The notes below the pieces were generated by a model. It worked only from the letters and a program-made list of their open reading frames with translations. It had not been told where the DNA came from and searched no databases. 24,240 nt of DNA from assembly GCA_024626585.2 (NCBI GenBank), contig JANKJI020000004.1, positions 178,428,886-178,453,125 on the forward strand. Direction: 5' to 3'. This DNA is from Ginkgo biloba. Its lineage: Eukaryota; Plantae; Ginkgophyta. Positions 22,810 through 24,240 of this stretch are shown in pieces. Both the position numbers and the translations under genes were made by a program. Numbering within the stretch: the stretch's first letter is position 1; each line of letters opens with the position of its first letter.

Positions 22810-23942
22810 AAATCTAGTGTGCTTATCATAATTACTATGGGTATGATAAAAATAATTATTGTTCTCTTTTACATCTCTAATGATAGTCTAACAATAATAG
22901 TAACTAGAGTTAAAAACCAAATAATAAACATAATATCTATAAAGATATATTCCCTAAATATGATGGCCAAAAAAGGAATAAAAATGTTAAAAAAATAAAA
23001 AGCATAGCTGGTTTAATAATGAAAAAGAAGAATTTAATGAATCATCTTCATTTTCTTCCTCTTCAAATAAAGTGGTTCATTTTAAATAATTCATTAATGG
23101 CTCTAAAGTGGAAAAATATTGATCATCACATCCACTATACCCTCACCTTTCTAATAATAAATCTAAAGTAAAAAGGACAAAAGTCATCAATAATATTAAC
23201 TATGTTGAGAAACTAAANNNNNNNNNNTGTTTTAGAAAACACACAAGCTCAAGCATTAAATGATGCTCTTGCATCCACTTCAACATAACCACAAAATATG
23301 TAACCTCCTCTTTCCCCATGCATCTAATAGTAACAACCATAATCACCTCACCTTATTATCTAAATATCATCCTTTAAAAAATTGATGTTATGGAATCCAA
23401 TAAGAGTTGGATTTCAAAGATATGTTCCACAATAGACTAAAGTATTTATGAGTTACAATCTATGTCCTTAAGTATTTCTTTGGTGGATATACTCAAGAGA
23501 ATCCCTAACCATAAAACACTTTTGATATTGTCTCTAAAGGAATCAAACCCACTTATAAACAAGACTTTATTCATTTTTACCCAACTAACCTTACCAATGA
23601 GAAAGAAAGGTTAAGAAATCTCTCTTATCTTTTTTCTATCAAATTTAGAATGGGGAATTCAAGGTACAAAGGGGTATGTTTTATTCTAGATCAATAGTTA
23701 ATGTCATGCCTACTTTAGCTATGAAATAATTATGAATTCAACCCCTCAAACCAATCGCCTGGTATGTCATGGGTATGAAAAATCTAAGAACACCCTTCTT
23801 GGAAATACCTTGCTTCCTATTACCTTGGATGGAAAAATATTTATTGTTGAAGTAGCAATAGTGGACCAAGATATTGAAAACAACATTTTATTGAGTTGAT
23901 CTTAGATTAATGAGATATATATGAGTGCCTCTACACTATTTG
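22810..23942 (+). mobile_element. Decayed Tat/Ogre-type gag zinc knuckle + aspartic protease
   Basis: CAYHNYYGYDKNNYCSL at 22818; ELQSMSLSISLVDILKRIPNH linker; KVQRGMFYSRSIVNVMP (ex-DSG); LLGNTLLPITLDGKIFIVEVAIVDQDIENNILLS*S*INEI...STLF. Confidence 0.85.
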
Positions 23943-24240
23943 NNNNNNNNNNNNNNNNNNNNNNNNNNNNNNNNNNNNNNNNNNNNNNNNNNNNNNNNNN
24001 NNNNNNNNNNNNNNNNNNNNTACACTCGAATAACGATAATGGTAAATACAAATAAGAATGTTTTTAAAAATAGAATATTTGATAAGTCAAGTATATAATT
24101 AAATTGATATGACTAAATTATGATTTAGATTATAAGTCTATAAGTTATTTAAGGGACCTAGGGTTATCATGATTGGGTACCTATTCAATGTGATTATTCA
24201 TTTATACTATTAATGTTGATGATTATTATAACTATCAATA

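Overview
AT-rich eukaryotic (land-plant, probably gymnosperm-like; inferred from element families) heterochromatic sequence made almost entirely of decayed, nested retrotransposon fragments. I found no intact host gene, RNA gene, CRISPR array or prokaryotic system. The window is a patchwork of short contigs: nine gaps are exactly 100 N and the element type usually changes across them, so adjacency across those gaps is unreliable. Recognisable pieces, all read by manual translation through stops and frameshifts: a chromovirus-type Ty3/gypsy RT-RNase H (1951-3255), Tat/Ogre-type Ty3/gypsy RT (3867-4415), integrase (21351-22015) and three gag/protease remnants, a chromovirus-type protease (18996-19540), an L1 LINE with ORF1 and ORF2 (16120-18854) plus a second small L1 endonuclease fragment, and two LTR + tRNA-Met PBS junctions on the minus strand (6128-6402, 20738-21350). 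The least-explained parts are decayed non-gag/pol ORFs: a possible plant-mobile-domain + coiled-coil ORF (6629-8012), a second coiled-coil ORF (11431-12030) and a CpG-rich antisense ORF just downstream of the integrase (22241-22558). I cannot support a claim of a wholly new biological system; these extra retroelement ORFs are the best candidates for something undescribed.
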